Positions 10,242 to 19,180 of a DNA stretch of 64,000 nt are shown piece by piece. The position numbers and the translations under genes were made by a program. Under the pieces are notes generated by a model, which was not told the DNA's origin, ran no database searches, and saw only the letters and a program-made list of their open reading frames with translations. The DNA comes from Candidatus Sumerlaeota bacterium (GTDB lineage Bacteria > Sumerlaeota > Sumerlaeia > SLMS01 > JAHLLQ01): the NCBI GenBank assembly GCA_030156535.1, contig JASGMJ010000009.1:5237-69236 (forward strand), given 5' to 3'. Each line of letters begins with the position of its first letter. Position 1 is the first letter of the stretch.

Positions 10242-11323
10242 GCTCCACGGAAGCAGCGGCCGCGATTGAAACATCCGCTCCCGGGCGCATTTGCCTTTTC
10301 GGCGAGCACCAGGACTACCTTGGCCTGCCCGTGATTGCCGCCGGAATCGACCTGCGTGTTTCCATCGTGGCGCGTCCGCGCGCGGCCTCTCCCTTTCGTG
10401 TGGCCATGCCCGACATCCACAAGGTCGTGGAGTTCGACCCCAACAAGGAAAACACGTACTCCCACGACCGCGACTACCTCATTGCCGCCGCCAACGTTCT
10501 TCGCCGCGAAGGCGTCGAGTGGCCCTGCGGATACGACGTCGAAGTCACTAGCACGATTCCGATCAACAGCGGCGCCTCCAGTTCCTCCGCGCTCCAGGTG
10601 GCGTGGTGCGCGTTCCTGCTCGCTGCCGCCGGAGACGTCCGCGCAGCCGATCCCCGCACTGCCGCGCGCTATGCGCATCTTTCCGAGGTTGTGGAGTTCG
10701 GCTCGCCCGGCGGCATGATGGATCACTATTCGACGGCGCTCGGCGGAATCATCTGGCTCGATTGCGCCACGCACACGCCCGCGCCGCTCCCCGCCTGGGC
10801 ATCGGAGTACGTCCTCGTGGATTCCGGCATTCCCAAGGACACGAATGGCGTTCTCGGAAGCGTTCGCGCCCGCGCCGAGAGCATTGACGTCGATTTCCAT
10901 GCTCTCAACGGCGCCGAGGAATGGCCGGCCATCCATGACTCCCTTCCTCCCGATCGCCGGGGCGTCTTCCTCGCCAACGCCCGCAACAAGCAACTAACCC
11001 TGGAGGCGCGTGGCGTGATCGAGAACACCACGGATGCAGTACGCCTGGGCCGTCTCCTGTCCGAGCATCACGTGCAGCTCTCGCGCAATCTCGGTGTGTC
11101 TCTTCCTGCTATCGACGACCTTCTTGCCCGCGGCATTGCTGCGGGAGCACTCGGCGGAAAGATCAACGGTTCCGGCGGGGGAGGATCGCTTTTCCTCTTC
11201 TGTCCGGGGCGCTCGAATGAAATCGCTGCCCTGTATCAGGGCATGGGCCTGCGTGCCTTTGCCGTCGCTGTTTCAAGCGGCCTCGGACTTCTCATCGACG
11301 GAAAGGAAAGAGTCTGCTCATGA
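10223..11323 (+). CDS. GHMP-family sugar kinase (galactokinase/GalNAc-kinase/glucuronokinase-like)
   Basis: GHMP motif PINSGASSSSAL and a C-terminal GGKINGSGGGGS motif. It overlaps the oxidoreductase gene. Confidence 0.8.
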   Translation: MSDLRISSTEAAAAIETSAPGRICLFGEHQDYLGLPVIAAGIDLRVSIVARPRAASPFRVAMPDIHKVVEFDPNKENTYSHDRDYLIAAANVLRREGVEWPCGYDVEVTSTIPINSGASSSSALQVAWCAFLLAAAGDVRAADPRTAARYAHLSEVVEFGSPGGMMDHYSTALGGIIWLDCATHTPAPLPAWASEYVLVDSGIPKDTNGVLGSVRARAESIDVDFHALNGAEEWPAIHDSLPPDRRGVFLANARNKQLTLEARGVIENTTDAVRLGRLLSEHHVQLSRNLGVSLPAIDDLLARGIAAGALGGKINGSGGGGSLFLFCPGRSNEIAALYQGMGLRAFAVAVSSGLGLLIDGKERVCS

Positions 11324-12738
11324 ACAGGATTGCTCCCTCGCTTGCCACAGCGGCGCTTCTCGCGCTCCCCTCAATGATGATGGGCGGAGGCGTCTCCTGG
11401 TCGATGCAGGACACGCTCGACGCGTCTTCCTCTGCCCGGACGCTTGCCTACTTCCGCTCCGATGACTCCGTGCTTTGTCTGGAAGTCGAGGAGGATGTCT
11501 GGAGCGATCCCCGTGTTGCCGACGCAACGCGCCCCTACAAGTGCGTATTTGTTGACGTGAAGTCACCGGCTGCGGCCAGTACGGCGCTCAGGCAAGGCGT
11601 TTACGTCGTGCCCACGACGCTTGTTCTTGAAGGCGGAAGAGAAGTCGGGCGCCTGGAACGCCTTGCCGAACGCGAGGCCACGCTGCGCTTTCTCGAGAAA
11701 CCGGAGACGGTTCTCGCCCAGGCTCCCGCCTCTGCTCCCTTGCCCGCGCAGGGCACCCGGACGGGAAACTCCGAGCCAGTCTTCATGGAAGATTCCGCGG
11801 CTGATTACTCCGTCCCTGAATTGAACCTGATTGGGTTGGCTGCCGTTGAACAGGCTGGCCGCATCACCATTCAGATTCGCCTGCAATCGCCGCCCGATGC
11901 TGGCGCGTTGGGGCGCTACAATGTTTACGTGGACGCGGACGACAACGAGGAAACGGGGTTCGCCGATGCCAAGCATCGCGGCGCTGACTATTTGATTCAG
12001 GGGGCCAATTTCTACAAGTTCGGCGGCGCACAGCCCACCGAGTGGAACTGGCTGCCACCAAGGACGATCACCTTCAACCTCAGGGGGCAGGGAGTTTCCT
12101 ACTCCTTTGATCGTTCCATGATCGCCGCGCCTCCCGATTCGCAGATCAACATCTGGTCCTCCACGGTGGACGACTCCTGGAACCCGGTCGACTGGGCGCC
12201 GGACGATCGCCGCCTCACGCTCGGCAAGGGCATTTCCCTCGCCTCCACGCCCCAGCCTGCGGGTCCCGGCTCTCCCCCCGTCGCCGAGGCAACGGTCTTC
12301 AGTGACCCTGCCGGCGATGCCGATCAGCCACAGAACGACTTTGTCAGCGCGGCCGTCAACTACCAGGGCAACGACCTGCGCGTCGTTCTCGAATACAATG
12401 CGACGCCCAATCTCAACGGCCTGCACGTGATGATCGATGCCGATGCCGATCCCACGACAGGATTTGGGGACGGAGTCCGGGACGGCGCCGATTTTATGGT
12501 CGAGGGCGTTTCTCTCTATCGTCATCCGCCCTCGGCGGGAAAGAACTGGCAGTGGGAGAACCCCGTCGAGATTCCCACACGTGTCATCGGAAAGCGCGTC
12601 GAGATTCTCGTCCCCCGCTCTCGCGCGGGCATCGTTTACAACCAGCCGATTCGTCTCTGGTTCTCCACCACCGATGACGCTTGGGCGCCGTCCGACTGGT
12701 TGCCCGACAGCGGCGTCGTGAAGTTCCCCAAGCAGTAG
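11320..12738 (+). CDS. Hypothetical secreted protein with a thioredoxin-fold-like N-terminus (no CxxC) followed by an internal tandem duplication
   Basis: Signal-like N-terminus. Repeated segments GADYLIQGANFYKF..WNW and GADFMVEGVSLYRH..WQW, also ...IWSSTVDDSWNPVDWAPDD vs ...LWFSTTDDAWAPSDWLPD. ATGA coupling to the kinase gene. Confidence 0.55.
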   Translation: MNRIAPSLATAALLALPSMMMGGGVSWSMQDTLDASSSARTLAYFRSDDSVLCLEVEEDVWSDPRVADATRPYKCVFVDVKSPAAASTALRQGVYVVPTTLVLEGGREVGRLERLAEREATLRFLEKPETVLAQAPASAPLPAQGTRTGNSEPVFMEDSAADYSVPELNLIGLAAVEQAGRITIQIRLQSPPDAGALGRYNVYVDADDNEETGFADAKHRGADYLIQGANFYKFGGAQPTEWNWLPPRTITFNLRGQGVSYSFDRSMIAAPPDSQINIWSSTVDDSWNPVDWAPDDRRLTLGKGISLASTPQPAGPGSPPVAEATVFSDPAGDADQPQNDFVSAAVNYQGNDLRVVLEYNATPNLNGLHVMIDADADPTTGFGDGVRDGADFMVEGVSLYRHPPSAGKNWQWENPVEIPTRVIGKRVEILVPRSRAGIVYNQPIRLWFSTTDDAWAPSDWLPDSGVVKFPKQ

Positions 12739-12837
12739 ACGGCAGGATCCGCAGCTCGTTCTTCATCCCACCGTGAGCTTCCCGCTTAGCACGGGCACGC
12801 TGAACACGCGACGCAACCCAATGCTTCTGGACCGATT

Positions 12838-15800
12838 ATGACGCCCCGCCTTCCGCTCATCGCACTCCTGCTCACTTTCACTCCTCCAGTCCTTGCGGCG
12901 TTAACGCTCGATCCAGCGTCGCCGTCGTTCCTTCTTCAGGACGGCGAGCCACTCTCCCGTACGCCTCCACGGATTCTGCTGACCGAGTGGATTCCGACAG
13001 GAGCTTCCGCTGGCGGCGAGTCGGGTGGCGCCTCGCAAGCCCAGGGTGTCGGCTCGATCATCGAAGCGGAAACGCTCGACGCGCGCGTCCTTTCCTGGCG
13101 CGAGGATCCATGGCTAACTCAACCCACTGTGACATCCGATGGCGCGCCCCTGCACTATCATGCTGTCTTTCCACGCGATCTCGTTGTGGACTACGAATGG
13201 CAGCAGCACGGCGACCACCTTCGTGTCACCGGTGCGCTCCGCAATCTCGCCAACGATCCCGCGCGCCGCGAGGTCCCCGTCACGCTTGGCCTCGCTCTCT
13301 TCGTTGAGGACGCTAATCTGGAGTGGCTGCGCGACCATCACGTCAGCGAATCCGCCGCCAGCAACGACGAACGCATCTGGTCGGTTACGACGACGGCCGG
13401 TCCTCTCGGCGCGATGTCGCGCTACCTGCATGGCGCTGTTCGTGGGGACCGCGTGGCTCTCGCTGCAGCCTTTCCCCCCGATCAACCGCGCATCCAGCGC
13501 ATCCGCTGGGACGGCGTCCACCGGGCGCTTGTTATCGAGTTCGACGCCGTCGTTTCCGATGAGACCCTGAAGTTTCCGAACGAAGTCCCTTTCGAATTCT
13601 GGGTCTTCGATTTTCCCCGCGAGTTCGGTGCGCGTGGCGTCCTGCGTTCCTACTACGACCTCGCTCCCGATTCCTTCGCCGCGCGCAGCATGGACCAGGG
13701 GCAGTGGATGCCCTTCACCCAGATCGATCATGTCCAGCGGCCCGAGGACTTTCATTTTCGCTATCACGAGTACCATCCCAACGTTTCCGTGGCCTACAAC
13801 AACGCCAATGACATCGAGTCGCTGGTCTACTGCGAGCCGCCTGTGCAGTACGTGATTCTGCCGCAGGATGCCTTCGAGGACGCGGCACGTCTCCAGCGCA
13901 TCATCGACTCGAAGAGCGATGTCCAGGGCTCGCAGGTGCGTGGCTCGGCCGCATACAGGAGCGACGGCTCGCTCTTCGCCAACTACGTCGTGACCCCTTG
14001 GGCCACGGGCGCGCGCATACCCACCAACGGCGACCCGGAACTGCCGCGCACCGCCGGGAATCCGTACAACAGTTTCGATGCGAACTGGAAACCGTATCTC
14101 GATCTCTATCGCAACCGGGCTGCCGCGCCACCGCAGTCCTGGACCGGTGGTCTCTCCATGGACGGCGTCGTCGGGGCCAGTGGCAGGGCGTTGATGTTGT
14201 CCGCCGGGGGAAGTACGTCACAGCCAATCGAAACAAAATCAGGGACGGAGTCTCTCTCCGGCTCGGTTCGCGCCAAAGGCCGCGAAGGTGCGCACCTGCG
14301 CGTAGCCCTTTCCGGTCTGGAGGGTGACGTACGCGACTTCGCCCTCTCCGCCTCGTTCGCCGAGTATGCCTTCGAGCTTCCCGGCGGCACGGTGCTCCCC
14401 ACTCTTCTCCTTCAAGCCAGTGGTGCCGATGTCTGGATCGACGAAGTGCGTCTCGATGGCGCCTCGCTCGACAACGCCGGTTTCGAGTCGACGACCGCCG
14501 ATCCCGAACAAGTGACCGGCTTGTATCTCGACAGCTTCGAGGGGTGGGATTCCAAGGACATCAACTTCCGCCGCGAGCATTTTGCCACATCGGATTTCCC
14601 GCTGACGTTCGAAGCCACGACCGGCACCACGGGCCAGGTCATCATGATGGGCAATTTCGAACTCGCCGCGGAAGCGCGCCGCCGTTTGCACGAGCGCGGC
14701 GATTTGCTTATGGCCAACACGGCTCTCTATCAATGGGCGTGGTCCGCCCACTACCTTGACGTTCTCGGCATCGAAACGAATTGGGGAACGGGCGAACGAC
14801 TCAGTCCGCCGGACATCGGCATCATGGACTACATTCGCGCGCTCTGCTATCAGAAGCCCTACTGCTATCTGCAGAACGTGGAGTTCGACAAGTTCCGCGG
14901 CGCGAAAGTCGATCAGTACTTCGCACGCTGCCTCCACTACGGATTCTGGCCCGGGTTCTTCAGCCACAACGCGGCGGAGGCCCCGTACTGGGAGAATCCC
15001 GATCTCTACAACTCCGACCGCGCCCTCTTTATCCGCTTCATGCGCCCGCAGGCCGCCGCGACACGCGCGGGATGGGAACCCATCACGCTGGCCGCCGTTG
15101 ACGATGACGAGCTTCTCGTCGAGCGCTGGGGTGGTGCTCCCTATCGCGGCGAGATCCTCGCGCCGGACACCTTCTTCCTCACCGTTTACAATCCCACGGA
15201 TCGACTTCGCCAAGGCAGTCTGACCCTTGATTCGCGCCTCACAGGCGGGCGGCGCTATCTTGCCATCGACGCGCTTGGCGGCAGCCGGGCCACAACCGAT
15301 TCCAGCGGCAACGTCACGCTTGCGCTCGCTCCTCTCGACGTGACGTTGATTCAGTTCGTCGCACGTGACGACGCGGGAACGGAAACAACTCTCGCGGCCG
15401 CGCAGCAGGAACTCCTCGCTCTCGCCGCCAAGTGGCAGCGCCACGGCATGATCGATGCAGAGGCCGTCCAGCAACTCGCCCGTCTTCAGAACACAGAGGC
15501 ACTCGGCGACCGTCTTGGCATCGTCACCTCCTGGCGCACCGGGCATCGCTCGCAACTCGAACCGCTCTATCAGTTCGAATTCGACCGTGCCTTCTCCACA
15601 TGGCGCCTGCTCCTTGCTGCGCGCGACGAGGCGGCATCGGGTCAGTTGTTCGATCCACAAGTGCCTTCGCTCGTGACGCCCGGCGAAGACGCCATCCTTC
15701 GTGTCAGCGAAGCTTTTGCCGATCGTGATCTGATCGCCAGCGCTGAGTTCGCCGGCACTTCCTCCTCGTATCCGCTCACCGACGGCGTTGCCACGATTCC

Positions 15801-16662
15801 CATTCCCGCGTCACTTCCCATTGGCGAGAAAGTGCGCTTCTCCATTCAGCCCCGCGACGCCCTTGCTCCCTCTCCGCATTTCGAGTCACACGCCGAAGTG
15901 CGTCCGGCACTCGGACTCCTTGCGGTTCCGGCATCCCTGACGGCGGGCGATCAGGTTCCGCTTGGCTTTGCCGTTCGTAACAATCTGGCAAGGCCGCAGG
16001 CGGGAACGCTTCGCCTTGTTCTTCCGCCCGAGTGCGGCGCCGTCGCCCCGATGCCTCTTGAACTCTCGGCGGGCGAGGAGCGCTCGATCCTGATTCCCCT
16101 GTCCATCGAGCAACGCCCTGCCGATCTGGATGCCGTGCGCACGGTTCGTATTGAGTGGCACCGCCGCGATTCCGGCGATCTCATTACGCAATCGCTCCCG
16201 CTCACAATTCTCGCGCGCGGCGCCAGCCTTCTGCGCGGGCATGGTATTACGGCGCATGTCGATTCCGCCTACTTCGGCTACGACACGCGTCCCCTGACGG
16301 ATGGCGTCACGGACACCCGCAACGTTGATTGGGTCGATGCCGCCTGGGCCAGCGAGGAAGCCCTCGTACCGCACTGGGTCGAGTTTCGTTTCGCGGAGCC
16401 GCTTCGCATCTCCGAGGTCAAGATCTGGTGGGCGCTCGACAACGGCGTCTACCACACATCCGCGCACCTCTTGATTCAGGGCACCCGGGATGGAGAGACG
16501 TGGCAGACGCTCGTGACGCACACCGATCCGACTCCGTCCCCGGTTTCCACGTATGCGCTCGATGCCACGCCGTTGCGCGGCTTGCGCCTTCTCCAGCCTG
16601 CGGGTGGTGGTGCTCCCACGCGTCCTGGCATCCTCTGGCTCGGCGAGGTGGAGGCGCGATGA
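12838..16662 (+). CDS. Large (1274 aa) secreted hypothetical protein with a C-terminal F5/8-type-C (discoidin / CBM32-like) domain. Putative glycan-binding or glycan-degrading.
   Basis: Signal peptide MTPRLPLIALLLTFTPPVLAAL. C-terminus WVEFRFAEPLRISEVKIWWALDNG...LIQGTRDGETWQTL is typical of discoidin domains. Confidence 0.6.
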   Translation: MTPRLPLIALLLTFTPPVLAALTLDPASPSFLLQDGEPLSRTPPRILLTEWIPTGASAGGESGGASQAQGVGSIIEAETLDARVLSWREDPWLTQPTVTSDGAPLHYHAVFPRDLVVDYEWQQHGDHLRVTGALRNLANDPARREVPVTLGLALFVEDANLEWLRDHHVSESAASNDERIWSVTTTAGPLGAMSRYLHGAVRGDRVALAAAFPPDQPRIQRIRWDGVHRALVIEFDAVVSDETLKFPNEVPFEFWVFDFPREFGARGVLRSYYDLAPDSFAARSMDQGQWMPFTQIDHVQRPEDFHFRYHEYHPNVSVAYNNANDIESLVYCEPPVQYVILPQDAFEDAARLQRIIDSKSDVQGSQVRGSAAYRSDGSLFANYVVTPWATGARIPTNGDPELPRTAGNPYNSFDANWKPYLDLYRNRAAAPPQSWTGGLSMDGVVGASGRALMLSAGGSTSQPIETKSGTESLSGSVRAKGREGAHLRVALSGLEGDVRDFALSASFAEYAFELPGGTVLPTLLLQASGADVWIDEVRLDGASLDNAGFESTTADPEQVTGLYLDSFEGWDSKDINFRREHFATSDFPLTFEATTGTTGQVIMMGNFELAAEARRRLHERGDLLMANTALYQWAWSAHYLDVLGIETNWGTGERLSPPDIGIMDYIRALCYQKPYCYLQNVEFDKFRGAKVDQYFARCLHYGFWPGFFSHNAAEAPYWENPDLYNSDRALFIRFMRPQAAATRAGWEPITLAAVDDDELLVERWGGAPYRGEILAPDTFFLTVYNPTDRLRQGSLTLDSRLTGGRRYLAIDALGGSRATTDSSGNVTLALAPLDVTLIQFVARDDAGTETTLAAAQQELLALAAKWQRHGMIDAEAVQQLARLQNTEALGDRLGIVTSWRTGHRSQLEPLYQFEFDRAFSTWRLLLAARDEAASGQLFDPQVPSLVTPGEDAILRVSEAFADRDLIASAEFAGTSSSYPLTDGVATIPIPASLPIGEKVRFSIQPRDALAPSPHFESHAEVRPALGLLAVPASLTAGDQVPLGFAVRNNLARPQAGTLRLVLPPECGAVAPMPLELSAGEERSILIPLSIEQRPADLDAVRTVRIEWHRRDSGDLITQSLPLTILARGASLLRGHGITAHVDSAYFGYDTRPLTDGVTDTRNVDWVDAAWASEEALVPHWVEFRFAEPLRISEVKIWWALDNGVYHTSAHLLIQGTRDGETWQTLVTHTDPTPSPVSTYALDATPLRGLRLLQPAGGGAPTRPGILWLGEVEAR

Positions 16663-17702
16663 AGAGCGGCACCGAAGTTCTTCCCGTTCAGGCGTCCCTT
16701 GCGCAGGAGGACGTCCAGACTGCCTTGCAGCGTGCCCGTGACGCCGGTGCTTCCCTGGCCGAATGCCTCGGGATTCTGCAACGCTGGTCCGAGGCCGTTG
16801 GGTACTTCGCGCATCTCGGCGAGCCGAACGAGTTCCTCGTCTTTCCCGACGCGTCGCTTGGCCTCGACCTTCGTTTGCAAATCAACTATTCGCGTCTGGC
16901 GTACAAGGCGCCCGAGGGCCGCCGCATCGGATGCCCCCTGTGCTTTGAGAACATCGGCACACCGGGCAAGGAGCTGCTGCGCGTCTTCGAGTTCAATCTC
17001 GCGGGCGTTCCGTACTTCTCGCACCTCACGCCCTTCCCGCTTCATTCCGGCCACTTCGTCCTGAACGCACGCACGCACGAGCCCATGCGCATCGGCGAGC
17101 CTGCGCTGCGCGAAGCCGCCGCCTTTCTCGCTGAGGCTCCCGGCTGGCTCCTTGCCTCCAACAGTGATGTCGAGTGGGCCGGCGCGTCCGTCCTGAGTCA
17201 TCACCACTGCCAACTTTTCCGCGAGCTTCGCCTACCCATCGAGGACGCCGCCGTTCGTTCTCCAGGCCAAGTGGGTGACGTTGCCTGCGACCTTCTTTGC
17301 TGGCCGGGTCCCGTCTATCGTTTGTCGGGACCAGAGGAAGCGACGCTCGACGCCGCGGCGCGCCTGATTGCGCTCTGGAAAGCGCGCGACCCGGGGCGCT
17401 GCACGTGCAACTATCTCATGCGCCGGACGGACAGCAGCGGGCTCGTTTTGCATCTCTTCATGCGGCATCCCGACTGGCGCACGCCCGAGCACCTGCGTTC
17501 CATCAAAAGTGAGGGCGTTGGCATCATCGAGGTCGCCGGCGAGGTCATCGTTCCGCCTCTTGCCGGCAAGACACGCGCCGAGAACCGTGAGTTCTTCGAG
17601 GCCGAAGGCCTGCGCGTCATCCACGGCATCATCGGCGGCAACGCGCCGCTCGACGAGCGACTCGACTGGGATTTCTACGCCGCTTTTCCATCTCTTCTTT
17701 GA
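16659..17702 (+). CDS. GalT-branch HIT-superfamily nucleotidyltransferase/phosphorylase-like protein (HxHxQ motif)
   Basis: The SHHHCQLF motif fits HxHxQ (GalT / GDP-L-galactose phosphorylase / Apa branch). The upstream CPLC pair resembles the GalT zinc site. ATGA overlap with the preceding gene. Confidence 0.45.
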   Translation: MKSGTEVLPVQASLAQEDVQTALQRARDAGASLAECLGILQRWSEAVGYFAHLGEPNEFLVFPDASLGLDLRLQINYSRLAYKAPEGRRIGCPLCFENIGTPGKELLRVFEFNLAGVPYFSHLTPFPLHSGHFVLNARTHEPMRIGEPALREAAAFLAEAPGWLLASNSDVEWAGASVLSHHHCQLFRELRLPIEDAAVRSPGQVGDVACDLLCWPGPVYRLSGPEEATLDAAARLIALWKARDPGRCTCNYLMRRTDSSGLVLHLFMRHPDWRTPEHLRSIKSEGVGIIEVAGEVIVPPLAGKTRAENREFFEAEGLRVIHGIIGGNAPLDERLDWDFYAAFPSLL

Positions 17703-17719
17703 GAAAGTCGTCCCCCAAC

Positions 17720-17750
17720 AAAAAAGCCCGGAGACATCGTCCCCGGGCCT
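17720..17750 (-). terminator. Rho-independent terminator (GCCCGG-loop-CCGGGC followed by T7 on the minus strand) between convergent genes
   Basis: aaaaaaGCCCGGagacatcgtccCCGGGC. Read on the minus strand this is stem-loop + TTTTTT, immediately downstream of the 17781..18584(-) stop. Confidence 0.5.
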
Positions 17751-17780
17751 TCTGACATTCCTCGTACTGACGAACCCGCC

Positions 17781-18584
17781 TCAGTAATTCATTCCCCGGT
17801 TCGCGTAGTACTGCTTCACCTCGACGTTGGCCATGAAGACCAGCGTCAGGATGCCCGCCGTCATCGTGATAATGTTGCAGTCCAGGATCGTGATAATCAT
17901 CATGACTGTGACCCATTTGACAGGAGCACCGGGCGGATTAGCCAGCATTTTTGCCCCCACAATAATAGCGCCGACTGCCGCCACCAACTCTACAATCCAA
18001 AACACCCACGTGCACATCGCACAAGGTAGCATAACGGCCATGCCCGAAAGGGTGAGCGTGGCAACAATCGGAACCCAAATCAGACTAAAAATTCCGGGAA
18101 TCAGGTAGAGCAGAGCCATCGCCATGATGAGACCCGGCTTCTGATCACCGCCTCCCAGCGCGGTTCCTCCGCTGGTGGGAGGCACCGTGAAGCCGCCAGA
18201 GCCCTGCTGAGTGGGCGGCGGAGGAGGCGGAGGCGTTGGGTAGGCCGAGGCACTCGGCGCGGCCGGGGGAGTTGGATAGGAAGGTTGTGGTGGAGGGGGA
18301 GGAACTGGTGGTGCTGGCGGCGGAGGAGGAGGAGCGGCAAACCCGCTCCCGCCAGTGCCTGAAGGGGGCGGTGGCGGTGGTGGTGGAGGGGGAGGCGGAG
18401 GCGGCGAAGCCCAACTGCTCTTTGCCGGAGCCGAGTCCTTCGGGATGGGGAACTGACTGTCGCTTGCCAGATTTGTCCGCTCGGGATCGTCATTATAGCC
18501 CGAAGACGCTTGCTCCTCGGGCGGCGTCGAGGGAAGGGGGGGCGGTTGCCCGCCGGGGTCTTGGGAAGGATCGTGCGATGTCAT
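17781..18584 (-). CDS. Proline-rich membrane protein (long PPPPP tracts N-terminal, ~4-TM hydrophobic C-terminal domain)
   Basis: SPPPPPPPPPPPPPPSG...APPPPPPAPPVPPPPPQP, then TM segments LIPGIFSLIWVPIVATL, VFWIVELVAAVGAIIVG, VMMIITILDCNIITMTAGILTLVF. Confidence 0.6.
   Translation of the reverse strand: MTSHDPSQDPGGQPPPLPSTPPEEQASSGYNDDPERTNLASDSQFPIPKDSAPAKSSWASPPPPPPPPPPPPPPSGTGGSGFAAPPPPPPAPPVPPPPPQPSYPTPPAAPSASAYPTPPPPPPPTQQGSGGFTVPPTSGGTALGGGDQKPGLIMAMALLYLIPGIFSLIWVPIVATLTLSGMAVMLPCAMCTWVFWIVELVAAVGAIIVGAKMLANPPGAPVKWVTVMMIITILDCNIITMTAGILTLVFMANVEVKQYYANRGMNY
18280..18420. repeat. Low-complexity CCN/GGN (proline-codon) tract inside the proline-rich gene
   Basis: Runs of ggcgg/ggagg on the plus strand (ggcggcggaggaggaggagcggc...ggtggcggtggtggtggaggggg). 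Confidence 0.6.
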
Positions 18585-18727
18585 CGGTCGGCTCCGGAGT
18601 GGGAGTTGGAGTGCCCCCTGCCGGAATCGGGCATCGTCCTCGCTCTGGTCAGCGGCAGGGCATCGGCCTTGGTGAATTCCGATCCAACGTGCCGCTTACT
18701 GATGGAGCAACGAAATAAGGAGCATTC

Positions 18728-19165
18728 ATGGAAAAGATCATCGTTCACGCCAGATTCCACACCGGGCACCGCCAGATCGGCTATCCGGGCAAATGCCGCT
18801 TTGTCCACGGCCACACGTGGCGCGGCACCATCACGGTCGAAACGGATGAATTTCCGCGCGACGAACTCGACATGTCCCTCGATTTTGGGGATCTCAAGCG
18901 AATCCTGCGCGATCTCGACCACAAGATGCTCGTCGTTCCCGACGACAAGGAGTTCATCGACGCGGAGCTCTTCGAGCCCGAAGGTGTTGTCATCCTCGAA
19001 GGCAAGGGCCCGAGCGTCGAAAACGTCGCCAGCTATGCGTGGAACAAGGTCGTCGAGACCATCTGCGGCAAGTACCCGGGACTCGGCAAGACGTACCATG
19101 TCGAAGTCCAGATCCAGGAAACCGAGAACAATTTCTTCATCATTGCCAAGGACACGGTTGTCTAG
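18728..19165 (+). CDS. queD: 6-carboxy-5,6,7,8-tetrahydropterin synthase (QueD) / 6-pyruvoyl-tetrahydropterin synthase family
   Basis: CxxxHGH zinc motif (CRFVHGHTWRG) and a ~145 aa size typical of QueD/PTPS. Confidence 0.75.
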   Translation: MEKIIVHARFHTGHRQIGYPGKCRFVHGHTWRGTITVETDEFPRDELDMSLDFGDLKRILRDLDHKMLVVPDDKEFIDAELFEPEGVVILEGKGPSVENVASYAWNKVVETICGKYPGLGKTYHVEVQIQETENNFFIIAKDTVV

Positions 19166-19180
19166 CCATCAGGCACTCCG

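Noticed and set aside
14239-15660. 473-aa minus-strand ORF inside the 1274-aa gene
   Set aside because: The plus-strand gene has a signal peptide, a discoidin domain and operon coupling. The antisense ORF has no recognisable features.
18290-18420. Repetitive ggcgg/ggagg tract, considered as a possible CRISPR or minisatellite
   Set aside because: It has no repeat-spacer periodicity. It is a proline-codon low-complexity tract within a coding region.
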